Below are positions 1 through 13,000 of a stretch of DNA of 64,000 nucleotides, in pieces. The stretch covers positions 39,246,001-39,310,000 of the forward strand of contig CM022670.1 in assembly GCA_012295275.1 (NCBI GenBank), given 5' to 3'. The notes under the pieces were generated by a model that was given only the letters and a program-made list of their open reading frames with translations, was not told where the DNA came from and ran no database searches. Position numbers and translations under genes: made by a program. How positions within the stretch are numbered: the stretch's first letter is position 1; the number at the start of each line of letters is the position of its first letter. Origin of the DNA: Chrysomallon squamiferum. Its lineage: Eukaryota; Animalia; Mollusca.

Positions 1-562
1 AGTGACTCACTTTTTGAGTATTCCAACTGGTCAGCAGTTTTCCTTTGAAATAACACGACTTACTGGTGTTACTTCCTAATTGTTAAAATTTACAAATGAA
101 AGAAAACAACTATCTTTTCACATTTTTCATAAGCTGACAAAGGTAGACACAATAAACACTTTGAGTCTAATTTAAAACTATGGGCTTTAACAGAGATTTC
201 TGCACTAAAACTAAAGCCCATGATACATTTGTTATTACATACCAAGATACCTCATAAACAGTTTTATTACAAAAAGAAACATTTCAACATCAAAATTATA
301 CAGTTATACATTAAATAAAAGACAAAAACAGTTAAATATTCAAGAAAGTAAAATGTGTGATTCTGCATGAAAAAACCTGACAAAGTGATAACATTCATGA
401 ATGTAATGTAGTGTTTGTTTTACAAGTCATTTTTAACTTACAAAAGAGAATTTAATTATCTGTAATTTTTTCTAATTATACTTTTGTGGTAATGTGAGAA
501 AAACAGCTTCAAAACTTTGTCTGGAATTTCACACAGTATCAGTTTTTTCTAAACACTGCATT

Positions 563-3487
563 TTAAACAAAATTATTTGATACCTCAAGTTTGACATCTT
601 CGTGTGTGCAGCACAGGTCTTTTTCTAACTTATCTAGTGCTGACTCATCATCATCAGGACATGTTTCATCAAAAAGTTTATTGGCAAAAACCTTTTTATT
701 CTGTTTGTTAAAATCGGCGGGAAGGTCACATCGCAGAAGATAACATCTGTGAAGAGACATCTTGTACATTGTATGACCCAAAAGCATCAACGAGTCAGTG
801 ATCAGTGCTGACACAGTCTGAACATCAGCAGAATCTGAGTTGACTAATAACATGCACTCTATAAGAGGCGTCATTCCTACTGCCATACACTTGTTAACAT
901 ATTGCAGTTGGGTTTCACACTTGCGCATCTGTTCTGTTACAGATTTCTGCTTTAAGGTATTTATTTTTGGAAACAAAAGGTTCTTATAGAAAGAATTTGT
1001 CAGATATTTGGCCTGGATGCTTACAACTTCACCCCATTTGCTACAAGCCAGATTGATCATATTGGCAATATAGATATCTGCAGGAGGCCCCATCTCTTTT
1101 CCTTCTGGAAAGACATCTTCAAATGTACTTCTATTTCTGTGATCCACTTTATTTAACCCACCCAGATCAAACATATTTTTGGAAATGATACTATTTGTCA
1201 TAAGTGACTTTCGGCATTTGATCATTTCATGAAATGCCAGGCCAAGCAATTCCAGTGCATCTGCAGCATACACTGATGCTCTTTTTGCATTGAATGAATT
1301 TGTGAAAAAAAGGTTGGCCAAATTAACAACTGGCACCATCCCTATTGCTAAAAACTGCTGAGCATTTCGCAGCAGATTGTCCTCATTCCTAGAAAGCTCA
1401 GACAACATCAGTAAAGTATCAGACTCTAACTCAGGAGCCTTTAGCTGAAAACAGTTAACTGGTATCTTATATTTTCTACTGATGCCAGCCATATTAATAT
1501 TTCCAGTACATGCCTTATTAACAATATCAAGAATGTTATCTAACTTTGCAGCATTAGATTCTCTACATAAATCAATGTCTTTGGAAGGACTTAGACTATT
1601 TTTCTTTGATGTCTTTCTTACATCACCGATGGACTTGTTATGATAATTTTCATGATCTTTAGTATTTCGTGTTTGGTCAAATTTAGAAATTTTGAATGAT
1701 CCTGGAGATCCTGATATTTCAGATCTATAGCTTCTTTTTCTAGAGTCATCTTTTTCATTTCTATTTAATTTTATTTCTGACCTTCTTTCAAAGTTCACAT
1801 CTTTACTTATGTTTAGCCTTTTATCATGATCTGAATGGTGGACATCATAAGGAGATAAATCACTTCTTTCTCTTCTCTTGCCACTATCTTTTTTATAATC
1901 TGTATCACTTCTTTCTCTCCTCTTGCCACTATCTTTTTTATAATCTCTGCTTCTGTGTCTTGATAATCTTTCATTTGGAGATCTATGTCTCTGATATCTT
2001 TTAGCAGTATGATCTCTTTCTGTGGAACCGCAAATCTTTTTTTCTGAAACTCTGTCTTGATCAACATTGTGGGAAAAATTCGAACTTTCCTGTTTTACAG
2101 TAGCAGAATTTCTGTTAAGTTCTTTTTCAGATCTACTTTTGTTAATGTCAAACATCCCCTGTCTTACCAAAAAAGAAGCTGATGTGTCAATTTTATTTAC
2201 TGCTATTTCTGAATGACAGTCTGTGGGAAAACCCCTTTCTGTACCATCATTTATGGCTTCTGAAATTTCATTCTTTGACATAAACTCTGGATTTCTGTCT
2301 TCATATCCACCTGGTCTGAAATTAAAGTGTCTCTGTGATGGGTATCTTTCTAAAATATTATGATCAGAAGAAAAGCATTTTTCCTCACTTTCATTAAATT
2401 TATCCATATATGATTTTAAAACATCTCTATCAAGTTTATCATTGTTAGCCTTTGCCCTATCACTCTCCAATACCAAATTTTCCAATATTATTTTCAATCT
2501 CTCCTTGACATCAAAATTGAATTGGGAGTTTTCATCATGTTGTCTTTTATTTATTCTTTCCGGAATATCTGAATACGTTCTTCTATCTGCATTATTACCT
2601 TGTTTTATGTAAGAATCTGTTTCCATTCTGTCAGATGTATTCCTTTCAGTGTAAACACTATCACTGGGTAAATTTCCTGTGGTATGGTCGTCTGGGATTA
2701 GATAGAGAGTATCTTTTTGATCTAATGAATGTAATGAAGGAAAATAATTTTGTTGTCTGAAATCTTCATTACCAAAAATATCTCTAGTATTTGTTTTTAA
2801 ATTAGACAAATTTTTCTCTAAATCTGATTGTGCTGCCTGTCCTGACTTACTTGCAGATTCTGCAGAATTATCTTCAGGAGGGCTCATTACTTTGTTTTTT
2901 AAAATGCCTTTCAGCTTAAAAGGCTTTTGAGGTTTTTTTTCATCTGAAAGTAATTGGCTATCAGTATGGAACTGGGAATTCTCTTCACAAAATTGGTGGT
3001 CTTCCTGTCTTCTGTAAAATTGATTATCCTGATATGTAGAAAATATATCATTCTGATGCTGAGATGATACATCAACTACATTACCAAAAGACCTTTCACC
3101 TTGGTACCTGGATAGTTCATGATTTAATATATTTTCTTGATATTCAGGTATGTGATTCTGATCTCTTGATAAAATAGTGTGCTCAAATCTGGTGTTCCTG
3201 GATATCCTGCCTTCAAGATTTCTAGATGGTAATTGATATGTAGGTTTCTGATGTGAATAATCAGAAGACATTGTGGCTACTTCAGATGTATCATAACCAT
3301 GTCTAGTCTGGTACATGTATGGAAAAAGAGACTGGCCGGGAATTGTGAAAAATTCCTGATTTCTTGGACATTTTCCTCTCTCATCAGAGTGCTGCCAGTG
3401 CCGGCTACTGGATTCAGACAAATGTTCACCATATTTGAAATCTGCTGATTCATCACATGCTTGCTGCATTGATTGAGACATATTCAT
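563..3487 (-). CDS. Intronless 974-aa protein: disordered/RS-RD-rich N-terminal ~640 aa plus two tandem C-terminal domains resembling DIRS1-retrotransposon Gag/ORF1 (LAP2alpha-like); candidate domesticated gene
   Basis: 2.9-kb uninterrupted ORF in very AT-rich DNA; in-frame TAA 15 nt upstream of the ATG; AATAAA on - strand at 263-268. Two homologous blocks: IVNKAC..KYKIPVNC..L.AP..AIGMVPVV..DALELLG.A..EM...R and GPP...IANMINLAC..KY....L.FP..AVGMTPLI..DSLMLLGH..YKMSLHR. Coding status is well supported; the family call is recalled motif similarity. Confidence 0.85.
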   Translation of the reverse strand: MNMSQSMQQACDESADFKYGEHLSESSSRHWQHSDERGKCPRNQEFFTIPGQSLFPYMYQTRHGYDTSEVATMSSDYSHQKPTYQLPSRNLEGRISRNTRFEHTILSRDQNHIPEYQENILNHELSRYQGERSFGNVVDVSSQHQNDIFSTYQDNQFYRRQEDHQFCEENSQFHTDSQLLSDEKKPQKPFKLKGILKNKVMSPPEDNSAESASKSGQAAQSDLEKNLSNLKTNTRDIFGNEDFRQQNYFPSLHSLDQKDTLYLIPDDHTTGNLPSDSVYTERNTSDRMETDSYIKQGNNADRRTYSDIPERINKRQHDENSQFNFDVKERLKIILENLVLESDRAKANNDKLDRDVLKSYMDKFNESEEKCFSSDHNILERYPSQRHFNFRPGGYEDRNPEFMSKNEISEAINDGTERGFPTDCHSEIAVNKIDTSASFLVRQGMFDINKSRSEKELNRNSATVKQESSNFSHNVDQDRVSEKKICGSTERDHTAKRYQRHRSPNERLSRHRSRDYKKDSGKRRERSDTDYKKDSGKRRERSDLSPYDVHHSDHDKRLNISKDVNFERRSEIKLNRNEKDDSRKRSYRSEISGSPGSFKISKFDQTRNTKDHENYHNKSIGDVRKTSKKNSLSPSKDIDLCRESNAAKLDNILDIVNKACTGNINMAGISRKYKIPVNCFQLKAPELESDTLLMLSELSRNEDNLLRNAQQFLAIGMVPVVNLANLFFTNSFNAKRASVYAADALELLGLAFHEMIKCRKSLMTNSIISKNMFDLGGLNKVDHRNRSTFEDVFPEGKEMGPPADIYIANMINLACSKWGEVVSIQAKYLTNSFYKNLLFPKINTLKQKSVTEQMRKCETQLQYVNKCMAVGMTPLIECMLLVNSDSADVQTVSALITDSLMLLGHTMYKMSLHRCYLLRCDLPADFNKQNKKVFANKLFDETCPDDDESALDKLEKDLCCTHEDVKLEVSNNFV
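1859..1946 (-). repeat. 45-nt in-frame tandem duplication encoding DYKKDSGKRRERSD twice
   Basis: atcacttctttctc(t/c).ctcttgccactatcttttttataatct occurs at ~1859-1901 and ~1904-1946, inside the RS/RD-rich part of the ORF. Confidence 0.9.
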
Positions 3488-4614
3488 CTGATAATCATTG
3501 GATTAGTCCACAGACATCAAAATCCAGTTAACAGAAGTATGACATTTTTTTTTTTTTTTTTTTTTTTTTCTAAATGAAGTATCTGGAACTTTAGATCAAA
3601 TCTGAAATGTAAGAAACAGTTTCTGTTTAGAATAGAAGTACAATCAAAAATAAAGAAATTTCATCTTTTGGCTTTCACACTTTATATTGGTAATTTGAAG
3701 CATATTTGGCTTCAAGATAAATCTGTAACATAAAGCAGAAAGTTATATAAATTTGGCAATTGAAATTTTATACTTCTATCTTTCAATACATATTCAGGAA
3801 AACCAAAACCAAGCTGTAGTAATAAAAACAAAAAGACCAGATTCTTGTTACATTTTATGAAACTGTTTATTCATTTAAGTGAGAATCCACCAAAGTAATA
3901 CAGATATGCAATATATTCAAACTGCCTATTATTACTGATGTGAAAATATAAAAACAATAAATGTACAAAATCTTTCTTTCTAAAGCACTAAACCTTTTAA
4001 TCAGATATTAGAGCATTAGGAGAACAAAGCTTAGGCACTATTAAGCAGTTTATTTAAATGCTCCCTAACAGGAAAGATATACAAGAAATATACTAAACAG
4101 AAACAATTCCTCTTAAGATGAAGATGAATTCCACTATGAATCTGCCAGAAAAACTAGTACAGGTTTTAACAGCCAGTCAAATGTCTTCATTGTCAGACTT
4201 GATAACATCTGCCATCTGCAATCAGATGTTGAACACCTCCTATCAGTTATTATCAGAAACATTTTTTTTTTTTTTTTTTTTTTTAAAACAGATTTCGACT
4301 TAGTTGAAAAGTCCAGGCATAAACTGCAGCAAATGATTTCAAATTCTTTTAATATGAACAATTCTTATGCTTGTAATACAAGATATAGTTCACAGTCAAT
4401 CATTTACTGTGCATACCTTAAATGAAATGAAGACAATGTGGCACAAAAGTTTTATCAAAGCACCTTAAATAATAGATTCAATAAATAAATTTCTTCTTTT
4501 GCTGTATTCTTCCACATTTCTAATTTTCTTAAATGGAGATGACAAACTGTGACCAGAAGTTGTTTCAGGATCAGGTCTAAGATTCAAACCATCAAGAATG
4601 CAAAGATATATACA

Positions 4615-4658
<44 letters not shown>

Positions 4659-7600
4659 CACACACACATCGAGTTATATGTATGTAATTTCTCAGTTAAT
4701 AACTTTTCTTTTTTATAACAAATGTTCTTTTATAATGACACTCAGTTTTTAGGAACACAAACATGCTGATATTCTGCTCTGTCCCTGAAAAATAAATTCC
4801 AAAACATCACACCTACCTCAGAACCTTTTGGCAAATGATGTGTTTTGGTCAAATTTCTTCTTCTTTTTTTTAAAGAATTTGGAATGGGATTTAAAAGTAG
4901 GGTAAGTTCTATACTGTATTTTGAACTACTATTCACATATATATATAAAAACCAAATATATAATCACTGGACTGGACTGGACAGATGTCTGGTTTGAGTA
5001 TTTTAATTTATGGCTTCAAATCAGTGAATAACAGTAATTTTAAAATAATAATAATAATAATGAAAGAAAATACATTTATGACACTGAATATAAATTTCGA
5101 AATAAAAGGATAATCTAAATTAGTAAGTTGCTGCTGCATTTATACCCAATCATTAAGTCTTGGCCATTCAAAATGAATTACGAGTTTAAAAACTTTAATA
5201 TCTTAATTCTATGTTTACTTTTAATATGTACATTCATAATATAAATCATAAATTAATTATCAGGCTGATAAATTACAGTCATTTACAAATACGTTATTTT
5301 TGTTGGTTAGCTTGGGTGGTTTCACTTTCAGGTGTGTCATTCTTTGGACTAAATAAATGCAGTCATTAAATACAAAATGTATGGGATTGTTTGCATAAGG
5401 AAATTACATAGTTTTGTTACATACCAACAAAATGTATTGTCTTTCAAAATCCTAAATTTGAAAGCTCTCAGTATTAATACTGACACATGCACCATTATTG
5501 AATGCGATGTTGAACGTCTGCTCCAAATAAGAAATAACCGGAAGAAGCCGCAAATGCGGCTAAATGAAATGCAAATTTTTACGACGTCCAATAGCAGCCA
5601 CCTTAGAGAAGAACGTAGTTCAGTATTTATACTTAATTAAGAAACATTGCTCACTCATTTAATTTACACAAAACTGATTGATAAAATTTTATAATTATTA
5701 TTATTGTTGTTGCTGTTATTAATATTATTTTATTTATTTCATGCGTTACGTTATTATTAATTCGTTTTAAAGTACTCAAGCACATAATACCGATTAACTT
5801 CTTTTTGCACACTTTATATGCACATCCATGTAGATGTAAAGAAAATGTACAGGCCTTTGATAAAACAACTGTGGGTTTACTGTTTAGAATGAGAAACGCC
5901 CAATATTGTGTCTGAGAGAGAAAGAACAAGTTAATCTTTTGTATACCATTAAATTAATATAATGCATATCTATATGACAAGCAAATTAAAATTTAAAAAT
6001 ACATAATTAAACCAAATATTCTCACCGAAGTTCAGCCATAAATATAGTTCACTAAATTTGGAATAAGATTATATTTTGTTACAAATAAAATTGGAAACAC
6101 ACACGCACACACACTCTAATTAAAATTGAGGATAATTTTTATATCCTTATTAGGTCACATAAATTGCGTTTACGTCCATGTGTGCATATCAGAGAAAACT
6201 AGTTTTATTTTAAAAAAAAAAACAACAAAAAAGTGATTTACTTTTAGAAGTAAGAAGCTGAAATCTGACTCTTGGAGAATGCATAACAGCAGCATTTGTA
6301 CAGAAATTTACTGATTTTTTAAACATTTTTTAAAATGTTCAGTGTACTGTAGTTACTGTTGTATTTACATTGGTGTCCTATTCATTGAGAGAACCACGTC
6401 AACATCAAAATAACTATTCTTATCAGTTCATGATCTTACAATCAGATTGTAATGACCATTTAAAAAAATAATAGTAATATTATTTTATGCTTAATTTGTA
6501 TAATGGTTTTTTGTTTTGAGTTCTTTTTGGTTGGGTAGTATTTATTTTGATTTCTTTTGTCTTGTAATTAGTTTAAAATGTTAAAACAATGATAATGTTA
6601 TCATCTTTGTAACTGTTAATTTTGACTCTGCATCTTTCCTCTGATCAAATAAGAATAAATCCTTCATTCATTTTTTAAAACTTTAATCTAAGTAGAACTA
6701 GGTTATTTTATCTCAGTTGTACTAAATATGACTGTGATTCAGCGTGAACATAATTATGTTTTCTGAAAAAAGTTACATATTATGATGAAACGAGAAATCC
6801 AGGTTTCATTTGAAGCTTGCATTCTTTTCTCTTTGCAGAATTACTTATATACAACCAGTGCAATGTATAAATTCATTTGTTGTTATGTTATTAATTTTTT
6901 TTTTTTAACCATACAAAATTATAATATAGGAGAAACTACTTTCCATACAACTGCTATTAGTGATGGAGATGCAAGCTCTAGTAGATCTAAGGATCAGTTG
7001 TGTAGTAATACAACTACCTTTTTTCTTGTCATACAAACTGTTTCAACAAAGGCTGTTATTTTCACTTTGTTGTTTACAGGAAGTTGCATATAAAAATATT
7101 ATTTACTATAAATTTGAAAGTCTCCTTTTACAAGGTTTTCTCTTGTTATTGGTATATTTTTAATTATGTGTCTAATGCCATTAATCAGCAGATTAAAAAT
7201 GTTTTTCTTCTTCCAATATTGACTCTATTTCCATCTTGGTTCTTTTTCTGCCATCTTTAAAATGTAAAACCCTTAATTCCAGTTGACAGAAGTAATTTAA
7301 ATACACTGATGTCTGGTACATTTATTTTGTTCTTTTAACACTTTAAAGATGTTTGGTTTAGGCTGTCTTTATTATTATTGGTTTTTGAGGATTGTTACCT
7401 CTCATGTACAAATATAACATTTGTTATAAATTATTTAAAAATCCATCCCTTTCATGATCTGTGTATCAAGTTCAGATTATTTTATTTATTTGTTATATAA
7501 ATTAATCTTACCTATAACATAATTATTCTCTTTAAAATCAATTAACTTATTTTACAAAATTATATTTTGTTGAGTGTATTTCTTTATGTTAAATACAAAA

Positions 7601-8427
7601 AACAAATCCTCATCCAGCATCTCATCAAAAGATGAGAAATATGCTTTAAAATTTGTTTTAGTGCAAATGTAGTGGCTTTGAATTACCATACTAATATTTT
7701 GACATTTGATAGCAGGTGATAAAATATTAATGTAACCTTTCTTTTCTTAACAAGACCTCATCTAACCAAGCAAGGATGTGAATTATTGATGACAAAATTC
7801 CTATTTTGTTTCAAAATAAAATATATGCAATACTAAATTAAATTTTAAAGAATTTTCTTTCCAGTTAGCTCAAACCATATTTATTCAAATTTAAGTTGTA
7901 CTTTTTTATATGGGTTATTTTACCAAAATTATATTATCACTGATGAGTATATTTATTTATATAATATGTATATTTAATACAATGAAAAAGATTTGTAAAT
8001 AAATATATTGTTTTGTCAAAAATTCCTTTATGAGAGATATTGCATTTTTTGTTAAATTAAAATGGAAATCAATTTTGAAAGCAATACTTTTGATGTACAT
8101 GTAGTAACATGGTAGATACACAGAACAGAAACTAAATCATGAAAATGTTGGTTTTTTATTGCCCCACACCCATGCTCTAAACACTGAATTTAAGATAAAA
8201 GAACCTCATACATTCTGAAGAGATAAATATTAAGCTAATGTTGCCAGAATGCTGTTAAATTAATAGAGGTAAATTTCTTTCCAGTTTTATTCCATCATGC
8301 ATATTAAATTGTGGCTTAACAGTTAAAAACAGAAAAAAATATTTGTAAGTTCAATTTTTATTTTTTATATATATATATATATATTTTCTTTCATTCAGTC
8401 ATAGGTATATATTTTTCATCCAGCATT

Positions 8428-8453
8428 TCAGTCATCAGATTTGGCTTTCTTTG
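8428..8453 (-). CDS. CHERP: CHERP exon 18 (terminal, AKKAKSDD*)
   Basis: tttacag acceptor; phase fits exon 17; TGA at 8428-8430. Confidence 0.7.
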
Positions 8454-8717
8454 CTGTAAATAAAAATAGAAAGTTAAATAAAAATCATTCATTAGAAATA
8501 CCTTCAGATAAAAAAAAAGTCATATAAATTTATATTAACATGTTTTTGGTTAATGGCGAGTCGTGTATATTTTACATGAAATATTATGGAATTTTAAAAA
8601 TAAAATAAAGAAATGTATCTGTGATAGGTAACAAAAGAAAAGCTTTAAAAGAAAACTTTATTACAATCACAAATATTCATTAAATAATAAAAAAAATTTA
8701 TAAAAAAATTACTTTTG

Positions 8718-8769
<52 letters not shown>

Positions 8770-10051
8770 AATAGAAATAATATTAATTAAGGAATAAATG
8801 AATTAAATTATGTGACAAAACTCCATATTTTATTTAATTAAGAAATTTCTTTTTATTTCTAGCCAGATTGTCTCTCCCTGACTCAGACCTAATGTTTTAT
8901 TACCTTCTCTTGATTCATCTCTAGCTTTCATTCTCTGAATAAATCCTTGGCTCTTGCTTTTACGGAACTGCTCAAAAGGATCTTTTAGATTTATACCAAT
9001 TCCTTTGAAGGCGTCCTGTCTGTCTCTCACTTCTCCTGCCTTTATTGGATTTTCAATTCCTTGTTCTTTCACACCAAGACCTTTACCTCCCCAACCTGAA
9101 ATGAAGTAACATTAATTAAATAACACAGAGCACATTTTAACATCATTAATGATTGCTAGGTGGTGTTTACATTATAGTGATATGACAACTAATCTGATTT
9201 CATCATTATTTGGCCTACATATTGATACAAGGATGGGATATTACAAAAGATTTTTAATTTTTTTTTTTACCACAGACTGGGAAATGAAAACAATGGGGTA
9301 CTGATAACAAGTGATAAACATTAGCTGATAGGACAAATCACAAAAACAAAAGAAATGTTAAAAATATATTGATAAACTAACACAGTCAGTATGCAGTCTG
9401 GAAAATAACCTAAATTTAATACAGTTATGATTTGATATCAGGTATGTTATGATGTAACCAACAGCATTTCTGGCAGGTATTTCACAACAAATACAAAAGA
9501 TACATCACAGTTTTGAACTACCCTGTATGAAAGACAAATTTAATAAAAGAAACAAACCCATTTTCTTCAAAAGCATATGGCCTTTATTATCTTCACCAAG
9601 TTTGGATTCATCCTGATTTACTGCAGGGACTGTAGGGGGCATGCTGAAAAAAACCAGTTTTAAGTCTTTTTCATATTAATGAATCACACACATCATAAAA
9701 TACAGTTACATTTTATTTTATTAAAACAGAACTCAAGTATTTAATCAGAAGTTTTGTTTATATTTTATTAATATGATACAGTTCAGTTTTGTGAGAGTAT
9801 GTTTGAGATTTACATTTACAACACACAGTATACTGAACACACAGAGAGCTTATCAATAATGCCTTATACATGTTTAAACTGCAAAAAAGACAAATCTCTC
9901 TCTCTTGCTCTCAAACACAAACTACACAGCATAGTGATACATACATGTGGTTCCAGACACTGATAAAAAACAGAATTTTTTTATCTACAGATATATATAT
10001 TATACAACACATGGCTGAAAGACATAAACAACACAGAAGCATGCGAGCATG

Positions 10052-10085
<34 letters not shown>

Positions 10086-13000
10086 CACACACACAATCAC
10101 ACATACATACAAACATATATAAATAAATATAAAAACAGACATTTGTAAACCCAGATATCCATACAAGCAGAGAAAGACACACTGAGACTGGTGTGATTTA
10201 ATACGTACAAAGATGGTGGTGTTGGACTTCTGGATTTTGCTCGCAATGTGTTTGGCACTGGAGGAGATGGAGACCTGCTTCTGCGAAGATAAGGTAGGGG
10301 TGATTTTGATTTTGATCGTGATCGTGATCTAGAAAAGTATTTTTAAAATAGTTACTCTATTTTAAAAACTTATTTAGTGTATTAAAATTAAAAATTAAAA
10401 TTTAAGGAGTCTAATTTCTGACTTTTACTGCTTTTTTATTAATATAATTTTTTTTTTTAAATTAAAAAGATTTTTCGTAATGATTTTTTTCATATTTAAT
10501 TTTTTTTTACATATATTAAATAAATTAGAAATGACTGAAATTCAAATTCAAGATAATTACCTTGACCGACTTTTTCTGTCCCCGCTAGCATACCTCCTTC
10601 TTCGAGGTGGTGATCTTGACTTAGATCTTGATCGGTTTCGAACTGGAGACCTTGGTTCCAGTTTCAATGGTTGCTCCGAATTTGAAGGGTTTTGTAATCG
10701 TTCCTCTTCAACTTGTTTTTCTTTAAGTCTCTTTGCACCTTGTTTGGCTTTGAAGAACTCATACAGGCCCAGTTTTTCCCACCCATCACTGAAAAATAAA
10801 CAATACGTTAACATCCTTCTCAAAATATAATTTCTGTCTTCTCTAACAACTTGGTCAGTCCTGAAATAAATATTTTAAAACATTTTTGAAATTTATTTTT
10901 TGGTGAAAACTTATCTGTGAAAACCTAACAATAAATCTATTATTTATATATACTTTCTCAGTTTTCCTTGTTTAAAAATAGACAAATTTTTTACTGTGGA
11001 AAAATTATATTTCAAGAAGAAAAACGGCAAAATTTAAATCTGTTTTTAATCATTTCCCTGGACAGATCTTATTTAAATGTTAATTATGAATCAGTGTGTT
11101 TTTAAAATTCCCTTCACCAAGGTGCTGCTGACTGAAAAAAGCCAGGTTAATGAGAAATATCAAAAGACAATACTGCCTGTCTCTTGGCCTGTCATGTGAA
11201 GGAGGTCCGTAGAATGCTTCCACCGCAGCCAGGAGTCTCTCACTTGGTGGCATGGGTGGGGGTAGTCGGATGTCGTTTGGATCCAGTGGCTGGTATTCAG
11301 TGTCTTCCAACTGTCGGAAATTAAAAACAATTTGTTTTTCCGAGGGATAATACTTTAACTAAACTTTGAACGAAATGCAGAGAAACACATGCACACACAT
11401 GTACACATTATTCCAGTACTAAAATTAATCAAGTTAAAATATGTAATTTGTGAAGTCTAATTTTAACTTTAAAAGTGTTAACATATTCTGTAAAACATGA
11501 AATTATCGTGACCATATTCACTTAATATATTTATTTCAATTTTTTTTTTTCGTATAGTTTGAACCAAACAGAAATTATTATATTAATATATTTTATTAAC
11601 TACAAAAAAGAATAAAAATAAGAATGAAGGTCATTTTTCTGATCATGCATCAATAATGGCTGCAGTATTTGCAAACTTAGAACTGTACGATCCATCATTT
11701 GAGAATACAACCCATCAAAAATTTAACCTGCTTTCCATGATAAAAAATAACTTCTACAATGCTTAAAGACTGCTTTCAAAATATATGCATGTGAGATTAC
11801 CTTAGAGCAGCATCTACTTCTCAACCATTATAAATTATACAGGCCTTTAACTGTTAAACAGACCAGTGTCATTAGAAGATTATAATCTCAAAAAAAGGCC
11901 ACTCAGCTGAACTAAGACCACATTCATTTCATGATTTACAGTACATGACACAAATATAAGATAAAAATAAAACAAAACGATATCAAAGAAGACCTACTTT
12001 AACAAGCGGAGCCATGAGGCCTGCTGGTAAGTCGTAATACGGAACTGACGGTGTCAAATCAATTTCAGTTGGCAAACACGGGAATGGCGCTGGTGGAATT
12101 GGTCCAGGAGGACCATGAGGTCCTGGAGGGGGAGGCCCAGGGGGTCCAAGTGGGGCTGGTGGGGGTCCTGCAGGAAATCCTGGGGGAGGTCTGCTGAAGT
12201 CTGGCAGGGGTAATGGTGGCACTCCAGGAGGAAGTCCTGGTGGGGGTCCTCTGAAATCAGGAGGCATAACTGGGGGACCTCGTGCTAAACCGTGTCCATA
12301 CTCAAACTGCTGTGGAGGTGGTGGTCGACCAAATCCTGGGGGTGGGGTGTGAAATGGTGGCATTGGAGGTGGTTGTGTGAAGTTTCCAGCAGGTCCCAGT
12401 GGAGGCTGGGTCCCAGGTGGAAGACCAGGAGGTGGACCCTAGATTAATTAAAACAGAACATTTACATTAATACACATAAACATCAGTTAAATAATGTTAC
12501 ATTAATACACATAAACATCTGTTAAATAATGTTACATTAATACACATAACCATCAGTTAAATAACGTTACATTGATACATATAAACATCTGTTAAATAAT
12601 GTTACGTTAATACACATAACCATCAGTTAAATAATGTTACATTAATACATATAAACATCTGTTAAATAATGTTACGTTAATACACATAAACATCAGTTAA
12701 ATAATGTTACATTAATACACATAAATATCAGTTATATAATGTTACATTAATACACATAAATATCAGTTATATAATGTTACATTAATACACATAAACATCA
12801 GTTATATAATGTTACATTAATACACATAAACATCAGTTATATAATGTTACATTAATACACATACACATCAGTTATATAATGTTACATTAATACACATAAA
12901 CATCAGTTAAATAATGTTACATTAATACACATAAACATCAGTTAAATAATGTTACATTAATACATATAAACATCAGTTAAATGTTACATTAATACACATA

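Noticed and set aside
563-3487. Interpretation as an intact autonomous retrotransposon
   Set aside because: No RT, RNase H, integrase/recombinase motifs or terminal repeats in the window, and the gag-like domain is duplicated. Only ~560 bp downstream is visible, so this is not fully excluded.
4118-4936. Coding-looking patches upstream of the 974-aa ORF
   Set aside because: They are interrupted by poly-T, (TA)n and stops, and I could not link them in frame to the main ORF; at most decayed remnants.
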